The translations under genes and the position numbers were made by a program. Shown in pieces: positions 52,816 through 64,000 of a stretch of 64,000 bases of DNA. The notes under the pieces were generated by a model. That model had not been told where the DNA came from, searched no databases, and was given only the letters and a program-made list of their open reading frames with translations. How positions within the stretch are numbered: the stretch's first letter is position 1; each line of letters begins with the position of its first letter. The stretch covers positions 202,616,001-202,680,000 of the forward strand of contig OZ024741.1 in the NCBI GenBank assembly GCA_964016885.1. The letters run 5' to 3'. The stretch is from Eledone cirrhosa (taxonomy: Eukaryota).

Positions 52816-53081
52816 GTATATATATATAAGCAAATAATTTCTGCTTTCACCAATTACGGGAAATAAGTGATATATATATATTTATATGTATAAATGTGTG
52901 TGTGTGTATCCATTTATTCTTGTGTTCGTGATTCAGTCATTAGATGCGGTCATGCTGAAGCAACGCCTTGAAGAGATTTTATTTGATAATATTCTCCCAA
53001 GTCTGTTTCTTATTTTATTGACTTTTGTGTTGTGTTGTGGAACCGCTAGGTTACATGACATAAACAATAAACGTAAAGAAC

Positions 53082-53118
<37 letters not shown>

Positions 53119-53263
53119 ATATATATATGTACGCTATACTCAAATGCAGGTATGCAATCTGATTATACGGGATATATTTAGTTGTGTTGGTACGCTATAC
53201 CCAAAGACACGCTTTCAAGAATGTCGTATGCTATATGTTAAATGTTATATATATATATATATA

Positions 53264-53298
<35 letters not shown>

Positions 53299-53321
53299 GC
53301 ATATTTATTACATAAGCTTTC

Positions 53322-53860
53322 CCCGAGGCTCAGCCTAAGCCCCCGGGAGCCTCACAAATGTCGCTGCGGTACCTCTGTGGATCCTTTCGGTCTCCACTCA
53401 CTGTCTTGTCGTTACTGTGCAGGCCGTGATTCTCTTCTCGACGAGATCATAAAGCATGGCTTGGACCACGCAGGATTCCATTCTCAGCTCGAGCCAGAAG
53501 GGCTAGTAGTCTGAGAGGACGGTAAAAGGCCAGACGACATGACAAACTTCCCGTTCCGCTAGGGGGACGCCTCTCATCTCGGGTGCTATATGCTGTACAC
53601 TTTTTCTAGTGGCAATCTGGTGAGTTCGGCTACCTGCCCAGGCCGAAGAGAGCAAACTGTCCAAGTATCTGCCACTCACTGATAGGTTTGTGGTAGAGCC
53701 CGTAGCAGTGGACCACATCTCTACTCACTGTCATCAGAGCGGAGTTGGCCACCCGCTGGTGTGAGACCTGTGAGGTGCAGTGACTGTTCCAGCGTGTCTC
53801 CCTCCCGTCCTCCGTGGTAATATATTCTCCATTCTGTCTGCCGGGACCCAGAGCCGGATG
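53322..53860 (+). mobile_element. CRE-like non-LTR retrotransposon 3' fragment (CCHC plus restriction-like endonuclease)
   Basis: HKCRCGTSVDPFGLHSLSC..GR..LEPEGL..*EDGKRPD.MT.FPF matches the zinc-knuckle and RPD nuclease motifs. Confidence 0.7.
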
Positions 53861-54532
53861 ATAAGTTAGTTGGATGTCACTCATTTACATATACTTCATG
53901 TGAACATTGATAGCTTTTTCGTGGTTTCACAAAAGAATACATAGCTAGATATATATACTACAGTATCATATTTGTAGTTAAATACACAAATATAATATTT
54001 CAAATATAATATTTCACACACAAACACATGTTACAGGGTAGATTTTCCTGTTATACATATGTACAGAGTTTTATATTACAGTAATATGTGTAATTCTAAG
54101 TGAGCACACGCCACTTCAAACTAAAATCTTGCCTCTTAAAAGTGAGGTTAGTTGTTTTAAAATGAAACTTTGCAGCTTGAGAGTAAGAATAGTGATTTCA
54201 AAGTGAGATTAACGGAAAAAAAGTTATATTTTTATTAGAAACTATAATAGCTAAACATGACAGCGTCATGCCAACAATGTGAACTTGCCCAATTAATTTT
54301 TATTTTTCATTCAAGCAGAGGGGCAAGATAATGATTTATATCTTTCAAGATGTTTGATGGATTGTTATTTGTTACCTCCTACAACACATACACATCTCAT
54401 CACCTACATTAACATTGGCCTATGTTACTACAACGGCGCCATACCAGGTACGTACGCTTCGTTAGTCCAGAGGACCAACTTGTTCAACCTGTACCGATGA
54501 AAATGAACCGGAGAATGTTTACTAGAAAAGGA

Positions 54533-54697
54533 AGGGTTAGGGTTAGAGTTAGAGTAAGGGTTAGGGTTAGGGCTAGGGTTAGGGATAGCATTAGGGTTGA
54601 CGTTACGGTTAGACTTAGACTTAGGGTTAGGGTTAGATATAGTTTTAATGTTTGGTTAAGATTAGGTTTAGGGTTAGCGTTAGGGTTAGACTTAGAC
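54533..54697 (+). repeat. Degenerate (TTAGGG)n telomere-like tract
   Basis: GGGTTAGGGTTAGAGTTAGAGTAAGGGTTAGGGTTAGGG..., about 27 hexamers. Confidence 0.8.
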
Positions 54698-54753
54698 TAA
54701 TAATAACTTTATTCCATCGTTATGTTTTTCTGTTTTTTTCTGTTCAAATTCTA

Positions 54754-54812
54754 GCTGTCTGATGAGGTTATAGCTGTTGCATAATGATTATCACCGAAAT
54801 ATATTTAGCAGC
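54754..54812 (+). ncRNA. Type I hammerhead motif followed by AATAAA
   Basis: GCTGT-CTGATGA(54759)-GGTTATAG..TTATCACC-GAAA-TATATT-TA-GCAGC. Palindromic AAATATATTT. AATAAA at 54820. Confidence 0.65.
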
Positions 54813-55279
54813 GAATATGAATAAACGAAGTTAATTGTAACCTCTTGACTTACACTTCTTGTTTTTAAGTTACTCCGGAGTAAACAGACCCACCTGCGCA
54901 CTTCGTCCAGTGCTCTACTTTTGCATACTGAAGATCGGCAATTAACCAACACATACTCAAGTTATGTTGATAATACCATGTACTTCTTTCGTCGATCTCA
55001 GTTCTATATGTTAACGAGTGCAAGCTCAGATCGATCAATTCCCTCACCGACCACCCAGATCGATCATCGAGCTACACCGATATTTGGTGAAATGTATTCA
55101 TGATTTGTGAAGGATACATATGAGGGAAATATATATGATCCTTATCAGGTATCTATATTTAAAATGTTTGTTAAATTTCAATATGATACTGTAATGAACC
55201 ATGTGTTCTTACATTCTCTACGGGTTGTCTCCTGTTAAAGTTTGATATGTTCTATTGTACGTATATATATACAGATATA

Positions 55280-55720
55280 CAGGGTGTTCGGGATAAATTT
55301 GACATAATAATATTTGGTTGGTTTTTCAGATGTTTTAAATTCATTCATGCCCACTAGGCTTTATTTGAAAGTTTAAACCCTCCTTCATTCATATATGTGA
55401 TGACAACGAGAATGGATGACTGGGAGCCACCTGAATCATGGAAGAGAATAACTTGTATCATGATGATTCGCGCCGGCCATCAAAATAAGGAGATTATGGT
55501 CGCTGCTCAATGCTCCCTGAACACTGTAAAAACAATCCGGCATGAACTGGAGAATTGCAATGGAGACTACGAGGCTGTGGCTAGAAGAAAGAAACATAAC
55601 AGAAGATCTGATTGCTCTCGCACAGCAGAATTCCTCGAAAATCTGCAGAAAAAAGTGTTGGAGGACCCTGGCATCGGAATTCGGTCTTTGTCGCGTGAAT
55701 TGAATGTTTCAGCCTCTACT
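55280..55720 (+). mobile_element. Tc1/mariner transposon 5' fragment (TIR plus transposase HTH domain)
   Basis: TA-CAGGGTGTTC end. ORF 55397-55741 carries paired HTH motifs (AGHQNKEI..CSLNTVKTIR; DPGIGIRSLSRELNVSASTM). No catalytic domain. Confidence 0.75.
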
Positions 55721-55887
55721 ATGTATATATATTTTTTGTAATGATTAAATGCTTGGATTTATTCCTTGAATTTTTCTTTAGGCTTATTTTTGGGTGATAA
55801 GACGTATGTTGAGATTATCTCAAACATGAAATCTATAACTTTGAATGTAATATATATTTTATATATACATATATATATATAATTAGA

Positions 55888-56027
<140 letters not shown>

Positions 56028-56149
56028 ACTCACACACTCACACACTCACACTCACACACATATATATATATGCACATGGGATAACGGACATAAACGACAA
56101 ATGAATACAGCCTTATATTCTCCGCTTCAGCTATCCCATAGGGTAGAAC

Positions 56150-56480
56150 TTGTTTCTGTGGATACTTCCGATGGAAGATGGAAGGTTGCCAAAACAGTTA
56201 TTTTATTGGGAGCTGACCAGAGGAAACAGGTCACAGCATAATCCAAAGAAGCGGTTTAAGGATGTCATAAAAGACAACCTTAAAGCTCTGAAGATTGATA
56301 TGGAGAACCGGGAGAGACTGGCTGAAGGCCGTACATCATGGAGAAAGATCATCAAATATAGATGTGATGTCTTTCAGAAAAAGCATACTGTTTTGAAGCG
56401 TTCAATTCATAAGCGGGACTCAAGTGCAGAGCCTGCAAAAATCCAGAGCTGGATTTGTCAACCATCAGAAATCACACGAG
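56150..56480 (+). mobile_element. RTE LINE 3' fragment
   Basis: MEDGRLPKQLFYWELTRGNRSQHNPKKRFKDVIKDNLK..E.LA..R..WR. Confidence 0.85.
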
Positions 56481-56501
56481 TCAGGGAGTGTGTTCAATCA
56501 G

Positions 56502-56559
<58 letters not shown>

Positions 56560-57308
56560 AATGTAATCTGAGTTTTTCGAATATTAATAACATTCGATTC
56601 GTTTGCAAATATGCAAACAAACCTCAATTTTATAGTAGAATCAACCCTTCATTCTTGCTCTTGTGTTGGCATGAGAACACACACACACACACACATACAC
56701 ACACATGTTAGGACTGAGGCCTCTATCATTAAAACACCCAAGAAACTTCCTATAAGTTTTAACCTCGTATGAGACCAGCTAAACCTACATAGGTGTGTTG
56801 AGTAACATTTAATTTCATTTTGTATTTTCATATTTTTTTATATATGTGCATATTGTATTCTTTTAAATTCATGTATGTTTGTAGATGTATCTGGCACGTA
56901 TATTTCTGTACATTTATTTTCGACAGAAGCATCAATTTTCGTAGTTGTATATTTCTATAAAGTAAGCTTTGAAATAAGTTTGCCTGGAGATATTTTAGTT
57001 GTGGTCGTCCTTTCCTGTTTTGCTTTTCCAGTCAAATGGCTACGGGACTAAGAAATGAAATAACAACAGAATTACGTGTGTGGTTTTGATCGTTTCTTAA
57101 TATGATGTTTATCTATGGAAGAAATACGACCAGTAGTATGAATTTTGCGAGTAATTAGGAGATTGCCAGAGGCAAGAAAATGAGTGGAAGACGTCTAGCT
57201 ATTTCGATAGACAGATGATAGCTAGATTGAAATGACTGCTTAATGGTTAAATATGTGAATGTGTTTGAAATGAGATAAATCAGAGAGAGAGATAGATAGA
57301 TAGATAAA

Positions 57309-58419
57309 TTTCTTTATTAGCCACAAGGGCACAAAAGAAGGAGACAGATACAAATAGGGAGTTTACATACAGGTATATGAAAATAAAACTATTAATAAAA
57401 TAACAAATAACAATTGAAATCCCCAATAGGGGGGAGGCGTTACACAGGGGTTGTACACACCCCGAAAAAATGTATAACCCTCATCTCCAGGAGCACCAAG
57501 AGTGAGTACTCCCTTCCTCTCTTCCTCTTTTCCTCAACCTACAGGCTTATATAGAGAGAAGGCCCAACCACTCGGGCCATCTTTGCCACATTCACCCACC
57601 TTTTATAAAATTTGCTGGGGTGTACCATCCTGATTCTTCTTCCAAAATGATATTTGAAAAAACGAATCAGTTGCTCGCCGGAGAGAAAGGTGTCTGACCT
57701 CAGCCCTTTTAACCTCGTCCACCATACAACCTCTTTCACCATAGCCATAACACATAGGAAAATCGCCTCTCCCTAGTTTTTGAAGGAGGGTGGCGGTTTG
57801 ATCATGACAATGGACTCGGTGGTCAATTGGATTGGTCTCACCCGCGACAATAGTCGTTCTACATAGCCCCACAGGTCGGTAACGCCCGAGCAGTGTACAA
57901 ATGCGTGCGCGACGGTTTCCTCGTCGCGCACGCATCTCGGACAGATCTTTTTCGAAGGGTCCCTACCCGGGCGCCCGTGTCTGTAGAGCTTGTCTCGAAC
58001 TGGTAGAGCTCCTCGGTAGCACTGCCAGGCTAGGGACTTTTGGAAGTTGTCCATTGGTCCCGGGCAGAAGATTCTACCGAACAAACTGGCCAGTTCGTCC
58101 TCTTCTACGCCTAGAGTTTCTCCGAGCGTATCGTCGCACTTGTTGCGGACCAACCCTCTATAGAATGTCGAAGTGGAGTCTCCACTGATCGCCGGGTCCG
58201 TTTGCCAGAGGACTGAGCGCCTGAGCACAATCGATGTGCCAGTCGCCCATTTTCCTCGGTCTTTGCTTGACCCAGGACTGCAGCTCGGTCAGCGAGACGA
58301 GTCGTGGGAACGCTCGCCTCACGAATGGGGCCCACACCGGTTGTCTGGTGAGGAACACGTGGAGATGCCGCAGCCTGAGCGCGTGTTTGCGCATCGTCAG
58401 CCACGGGATCCCCAGCCCT
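57309..58419 (-). mobile_element. L1/Tx1-clade LINE 3' fragment in (GATA)n
   Basis: Frameshifted homologue of 34360-35251 and 38746-39670. GATA repeats on both sides. Confidence 0.92.
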
Positions 58420-58612
58420 CAGATACATAGATAGATAGATAGAGAGAGAGAGAAATTGATATAGAAAAAGAGTTAGAGAGAGAGAGAGAGAGAGAGAGTA
58501 ACAGTGTGAGCGTGAGTATGTGTGTGTGAGATAGGTAGATAGATGGATAGATAGATAAAGAGAGCGAGTGAGAAAGAGAGAGAGAGAGAGATAGATAGAG
58601 AGATAGAGATAG

Positions 58613-58643
<31 letters not shown>

Positions 58644-59039
58644 ATTATGTTTTTATTTGTGAGTCTCACACTACATGTCATTAGAGGAAAATAAGTTGTA
58701 AATAATTGCTACCAATTTGTGGTCTGATACTAAGTAAATTGAGTTTCACGTAAATATTTATTCTAAAACTAGATGAGCAAGAAGAGCTATTGTTTTAATA
58801 AAGAAATATTTGTGTCTTGCGGGTTAAGAACTCGAGTTAATTTACTTCCATTATTTTATAACACCACCATTGGTCGTGTGTGGTTGAGCTTGCAGCCAAG
58901 TAAAGAAAGTGCTGAAGATGACATTTCGCTCGAAGGAACAACTTTTGGATATGTATTTGCAAAATCTCCCGTCTAGTCAGCCATATTTGTACAAGGCTGT
59001 TTATTTTTAATCGTTCCCTACAGTGATATGGTGAAGGTA

Positions 59040-59310
59040 CGTGGCTTATGGTTTGGAATTTCAGCTCGTGATCGTAAGATCATGTGTTCGATTTCCGGCG
59101 GTGCGTTGTTTCCTTGAGCAGGACACTTTATTTCCTGCTGCTCCAACCCATTCCACTGGAAAGAATGAGTTGTGACTGATATTTTAAGGGCCAACTTTGT
59201 CACAGACTGTATCACACTGAATCTCCCTGAGAACTACGTTAAAGGTTCACGTGCCTGTGTAATGCTCGGCCACTTACACGTTAATATAAAGTGCAAGCTG
59301 TTCCGTTGAT
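59040..59310 (+). mobile_element. Family B SINE
   Basis: tRNA head TGGCTTATGG / TGTTCGATTT plus the family B body. Confidence 0.8.
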
Positions 59311-59486
59311 CAATATATGTATGGTAAATAGGATTTATTGTTACACTCTCCGTAGAAATCAACTGAGGTCCAATACATTGTATTTACCTTACACATTATA
59401 TAATTTCATAAGCTGCTAAATCACCACAACGCGCTCCTATTATCATATACACTTTTTTTTCTCTCAGATATATACATTATTTATAT

Positions 59487-59592
59487 TGTGGCCTAGTGGT
59501 TAGGTTGTTGCATTCACGACCATATGGTCGTGGTTTCGATTCCTAGAACGGATGACGTTATGTTCTTGTCCAAAATACTTTTTTTCACGTTG
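59487..59592 (+). mobile_element. tRNA-derived SINE head
   Basis: TGGCCTAGTGGTTAGG A box and GGTTTCGATTCC B box. Confidence 0.65.
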
Positions 59593-59863
59593 CTTCTTCT
59601 GCTAGGAATTATGACCAGTCGATAATATCAGCAATGGAAAGACCAATAGAAACATCATGTATTTGGCCCAATCTGAAGATTGTCTCCTTTCCATTAAAGA
59701 TACATGTTCAAGGCATATTAGAATGACAGATAGTATCAGTAATGGAAAGATCAAAGGAAACATTGTTTCCTTGGTCTGATCTAATGATCGGCTTCTTTCC
59801 TTTAAATACATATATATATATATACTGGAATTGAATAATCAAAACCGTAGTGGTATGTCACAT

Positions 59864-59949
59864 ATCAAATCATATATTTTGTCTGATGAAAACGTACTTA
59901 AACACCATTGTACCTTTGAAATATGTATAATTAAAATATATATTTTGAT
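59864..59949 (+). ncRNA. Type I hammerhead, third copy of the 27604 family
   Basis: Near-identical to 27604-27689. Stem III TATGTA variant. Confidence 0.65.
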
Positions 59950-59981
59950 TCTGAGAATATTTTTCATTTATTAACATTTTG

Positions 59982-60023
<42 letters not shown>

Positions 60024-60208
60024 ATAATAATAAATGTGAAGACTAAAATCCAAAGAGGACTCGATAAGGATAAATATATATCAAATATATAAGAACCCTA
60101 GAGCAAATATTTATTAAAATAACAGATTGAACTTTCTTCTGAAACGGGAGTTTCAGAAGATCCAGTTAAGTGAAAGCACCAATTCTTTGCTTAAACTTTA
60201 ATCTGTTA

Positions 60209-60246
<38 letters not shown>

Positions 60247-60350
60247 ATCAAATATACGTACGAGAAAGTATACGTACCTTCACAAAACATACAGGTAATA
60301 TATACTTACCTATACAAATAAGTAATGGTATAAACATAACATATACTTAA

Positions 60351-61130
60351 CTACCACATCAAGACGTAAAATATCCGCGTATAGTTCGTACTATCCGTTA
60401 GGGTATAATGTGGGGCTGTAATACAGGAAAGTTTTGTGCAATTTATGTTTACAAGCCGAAATTGCCTCAGATTTTTGTTTAAGATGTGGTCTTTGGCGTA
60501 GAGTATTTCCAGGGCCTCAGCGGCGCAGAGGTCACATGGTCTTTTATTTCCGTTATACGATCTAGCCCTAGCTAGGATCTCCCAGTGTAACTTATATTGG
60601 GTGTGGTTGTCTTTTAGACTCCAGATATAAGCTGAAAGTGACGTCATATTCCTTCTTAAAGGGTTGCGAAAAGAATGGGTATGCATGTAAAGACGCTGCT
60701 TGAATCTATTGGCGGTTAACCCTATGTAGGCCCTACGGGACGTGGGTGTTTTAACCTTACATTTGTAGACAATGTTACTAGAGAGGTATTTCCCGGATAG
60801 GAGGCAGTCAACCCGATTCCTACAATTACAGTTAGTACTAACTACAGGGTTGCACGTGTTCCTACGGCTAGGCAGTTTAGATAAATTTGAAGCTGTGATG
60901 TTATGTGCAAGGTTAGGCGTCGTAGAGTAAGACATTTTAATAGTATTTCTATTAAAAATTTTACTATATTTATGTGTAGGGGAAAATGCTTCGTAATAAG
61001 GGAGAGAAAGATCTTAGCTAATGGTGTGGCCACCTCCATATTATATGGTGGGTCATACCATATAATGCATCGGGATCTATTACTTCTAGGTCTATTCTTG
61101 TACTCTGTATATGCTACCTTATCGACAAAT
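60351..61130 (-). mobile_element. Penelope-like retroelement 3' fragment (linker plus GIY-YIG)
   Basis: WYDPPY-like start, SYSTTPNL, CNCRNRVDCLLSGKYLSSNIVYKC..AYIGLTANRFKQRLYMH..TSLSAYIW..CDLCAAE..LN. Confidence 0.88.
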
Positions 61131-61894
61131 CCACTCCGAGCATATATATATATTCAATATGATAGACAAACAGAGAGTTTTACCAATGGAGACACAGATT
61201 ACGACATGAAGATCAGTTAATTTCTCCTTTTCTTTTCTTTTCAGCTTGTTTTTATTTCTCCAACGGTTATATATATATATATTCATGTCTGTTTCATTTC
61301 CCCATTTTAGCCATGGGATACTGTGGAGATATACCGTCTATCCAAGGGTGTATAGTATACCCCTTCAGGTGGAATGGCTGATGCAGCGGATATCGCTGGC
61401 TATTTTTCACCCCATCTTGTCCGCAGCAGGGTGCAGCAGTTGAAATATACCATCCAGCTAAAGGTGTAGAGTCTGACCCCTCCACTATTGCATTGGTTCC
61501 TATTAAACCATACATACCTCTTGAATTATAATTATAGTATACCACTTCAGGTGGAATGGCTGATGCAGCAGATATCGCTGGCTATTTTTCACCCCATCTT
61601 GTCCGCAGCATACTCTTATCATCCTCTTTGTAGAGTGTCAGACGTTTTTCACTATAGAAACACCATCTTTTCCTTTAATAGATGCTTCTTTCAACAAATT
61701 TCACTATTGCATTGGTTCCTATTAAACCATACATACCTCTTGAATTATAATTATCCTTTACTATTTCTTGATAATGCTAAAATTTGAAAATGTTAACATA
61801 TACCGATACGGCCAATCCACAATAATGATGGTGGTGGATGGTAATGGTGATGGTGTTGGTGTGACCGGTGTTGATGATAGGTGTGGTAAAGTTA

Positions 61895-62072
61895 TAATTG
61901 TTTCTACTTTTGGCACAAGGCCAGCAATAACCCCACCCAGTGCATTACTGGTACTTTATTTTATCGACCCCCGTAAGGATGAAAGGCAAAGTTAGCCTAG
62001 AGGGAATTTGAACTGAGAGCGTAAAGGGACATGACTCTATGCCGCACAGCATGGTGTCTGACACGCTCCACC
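61895..62072 (-). mobile_element. Family A SINE
   Basis: Tail, core and B box on the minus strand. Confidence 0.8.
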
Positions 62073-62074
62073 CC

Positions 62075-62826
62075 GATAGGTGGTGTTGGTAATAGTAGTG
62101 GTAATGAGGGTTGTGTTGGTGTCGCTGGTGTTAGTGCTGTGGTGTTGGCGTTGGTGTTAATTGTGGTAGTGGTGTTGGATTTGGTGATGGTGTTGATGGT
62201 GGTGTCAGTAAGAGTACTGAAGCGATAGTGACAACTGGCGAGGTGTTGTTGGAGGAGGCGGCGGGGGCGGTGGTGGATGTGTGGGGGGGGGATGATGGCG
62301 TCGATAATAGTAGTAAAATGAGTGACAACAGCCGGAGTGTTGTACGTGGCGGCGGTGGTAGTGGTGGTGGTGGTGCTGATGTTGGTGTTGTTGATGTTCT
62401 GAGGGGTAATGGTGGTGGGGGTGATGATGGCGGTGTTGGTGGTGGTGGTGGTGGTGATGATGGGGGTGTTGGTGGTGGTGGTGGTGATGGGGGTGTTGGT
62501 GGTGGTGGTGATGATGGGGGTGTTGGTGGTGGTGGTGGTGATGATGGGGGTGTTGGTGGTGGTGATGATGGGGGTGTTGTTGGTGGTGGTGGTGATGGGG
62601 GTGTTGGTGGTGAGGATGGGGGTGTTGGTGGTGGTGGTGATGATGGGGGTATTGGTGGTGGTGGTGGTGAGGGTGGGGGTGTTGGTGGTGGTGGTGATGG
62701 GGGTGTTGGTGGTGGTGGTGATGATGGGGGTGTTGGTGGCGGTGGTGATGATGGGGGTGTTGGTGGTGGGGGTGATGATGGGGGTGTTGGTGGTGGTGGT
62801 GGTGAGGATGGAGGTGTTGGTGGTGG
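62075..62826. repeat. GGT/GAT triplet-based minisatellite (GGTGGTGGTGATGATGGGGGTGTT-like units)
   Basis: Direct inspection. Explains the poly-T/H/G/V pseudo-ORFs. Confidence 0.9.
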
Positions 62827-63005
62827 TTCGCGTGCCCCACATGTGTGAATAATTTTGGCTTTTCCATTTGGATTAGTTTCTACTTATGATGCTGATGATT
62901 TCGTTTTATGGCCAACAGCGATGTGTGATACTCACACACATACATACACACTCACACACACACACATATATATATATATATACATATACACACTCACACA
63001 CACGC

Positions 63006-63038
<33 letters not shown>

Positions 63039-63229
63039 TGCATGTACATGCTCACACACAGACACACATATATATATCCATATATATATGTATATATATA
63101 TATGTATATATATATATTTATATATATATATGTATATATATATATATTTATATATATATATATACATATGTATATTATATATATATATGTATACGTATAT
63201 ATAATATATATATACACATACAAACACAC

Positions 63230-63276
<47 letters not shown>

Positions 63277-63330
63277 ATATATATATATATACACATATAC
63301 ATACATATATATATATGTATATATATATAC

Positions 63331-63364
<34 letters not shown>

Positions 63365-63365
63365 G

Positions 63366-63400
<35 letters not shown>

Positions 63401-63420
63401 ATATATATATATATATATGC

Positions 63421-63495
<75 letters not shown>

Positions 63496-63925
63496 CACAC
63501 ACACATATATATATATATATAGTTTTTTTTTACCAACATAAACATAGGGAAAGATATTTTATTTATTTATTTCCATTTTAAATTTGCATTACTGTTATTT
63601 TTGACTCAAATGTTGAAGACAAAATTCTTCCTCTTTATTTTTTTGTGGAAGTGAAATCGTGAAAACAGACTTGCCGGTGATTTTTGACAAATGTTTTATA
63701 TAAACGATGACCATATATGTATTTTAATGATGTACTGATGTACTTCTGCTTACTTTCATATTCCAGGTTTACATTTATTTATATTTAGTGAAAGAATGCT
63801 GTCTACGTGTGGGTGAGTGTTATATAAAAGATTTCAGATTCAGAAAATTCATCCTTTGCAGTTGTTTTTCTTGTAGCATAATTGTAACAGTAATTAATTG
63901 GTTACACTATATATAACTCGTTATA

Positions 63926-63990
<65 letters not shown>

Positions 63991-64000
63991 ATAAAATAAC

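Noticed and set aside
54533-54697. True telomere or chromosome fusion site
   Set aside because: Short, degenerate, single orientation and internal.
61221-61244. Strong polypyrimidine-AG acceptor-like site
   Set aside because: No plausible downstream exon or donor was identified.
61997-62867. Mucin-like Thr-rich, His-rich and Gly-rich ORFs
   Set aside because: The triplet repeat is open in several frames on both strands and runs into a SINE. No gene structure.

Overview
AT-rich, microsatellite-dense eukaryotic DNA, non-genic or intronic. The SINE families and the (TA)n/(CA)n/(GA)n/(GATA)n load resemble a cephalopod (Octopus-like) genome (inference). No intact host gene is supportable, and most ORF-track entries are microsatellite artefacts. 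The window is a retroelement landscape: two tandem 5'-truncated L1/Tx1-clade LINEs plus relatives stacked in (ATCT)n, a decayed RTE LINE, R4/Dong and CRE-like endonuclease fragments, many tRNA-derived SINEs, hAT-like and pogo-like MITEs, probable non-autonomous Helitrons, a Tc1/mariner 5' fragment, a 1.85-kb minisatellite, and Penelope-like elements (PLEs; RT plus GIY-YIG). The main hidden signal is about 15 type I hammerhead ribozyme (HHR) motifs in roughly 7 unrelated families. Most lie in fold-back elements inserted in (TA)n tracts. They include a family with a ~100-nt stem II insertion and a ~317-bp tandem retrozyme-like unit. Structurally similar fold-backs carry tRNA-like cloverleaves instead. 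All structures and coordinates were read by eye and are approximate.
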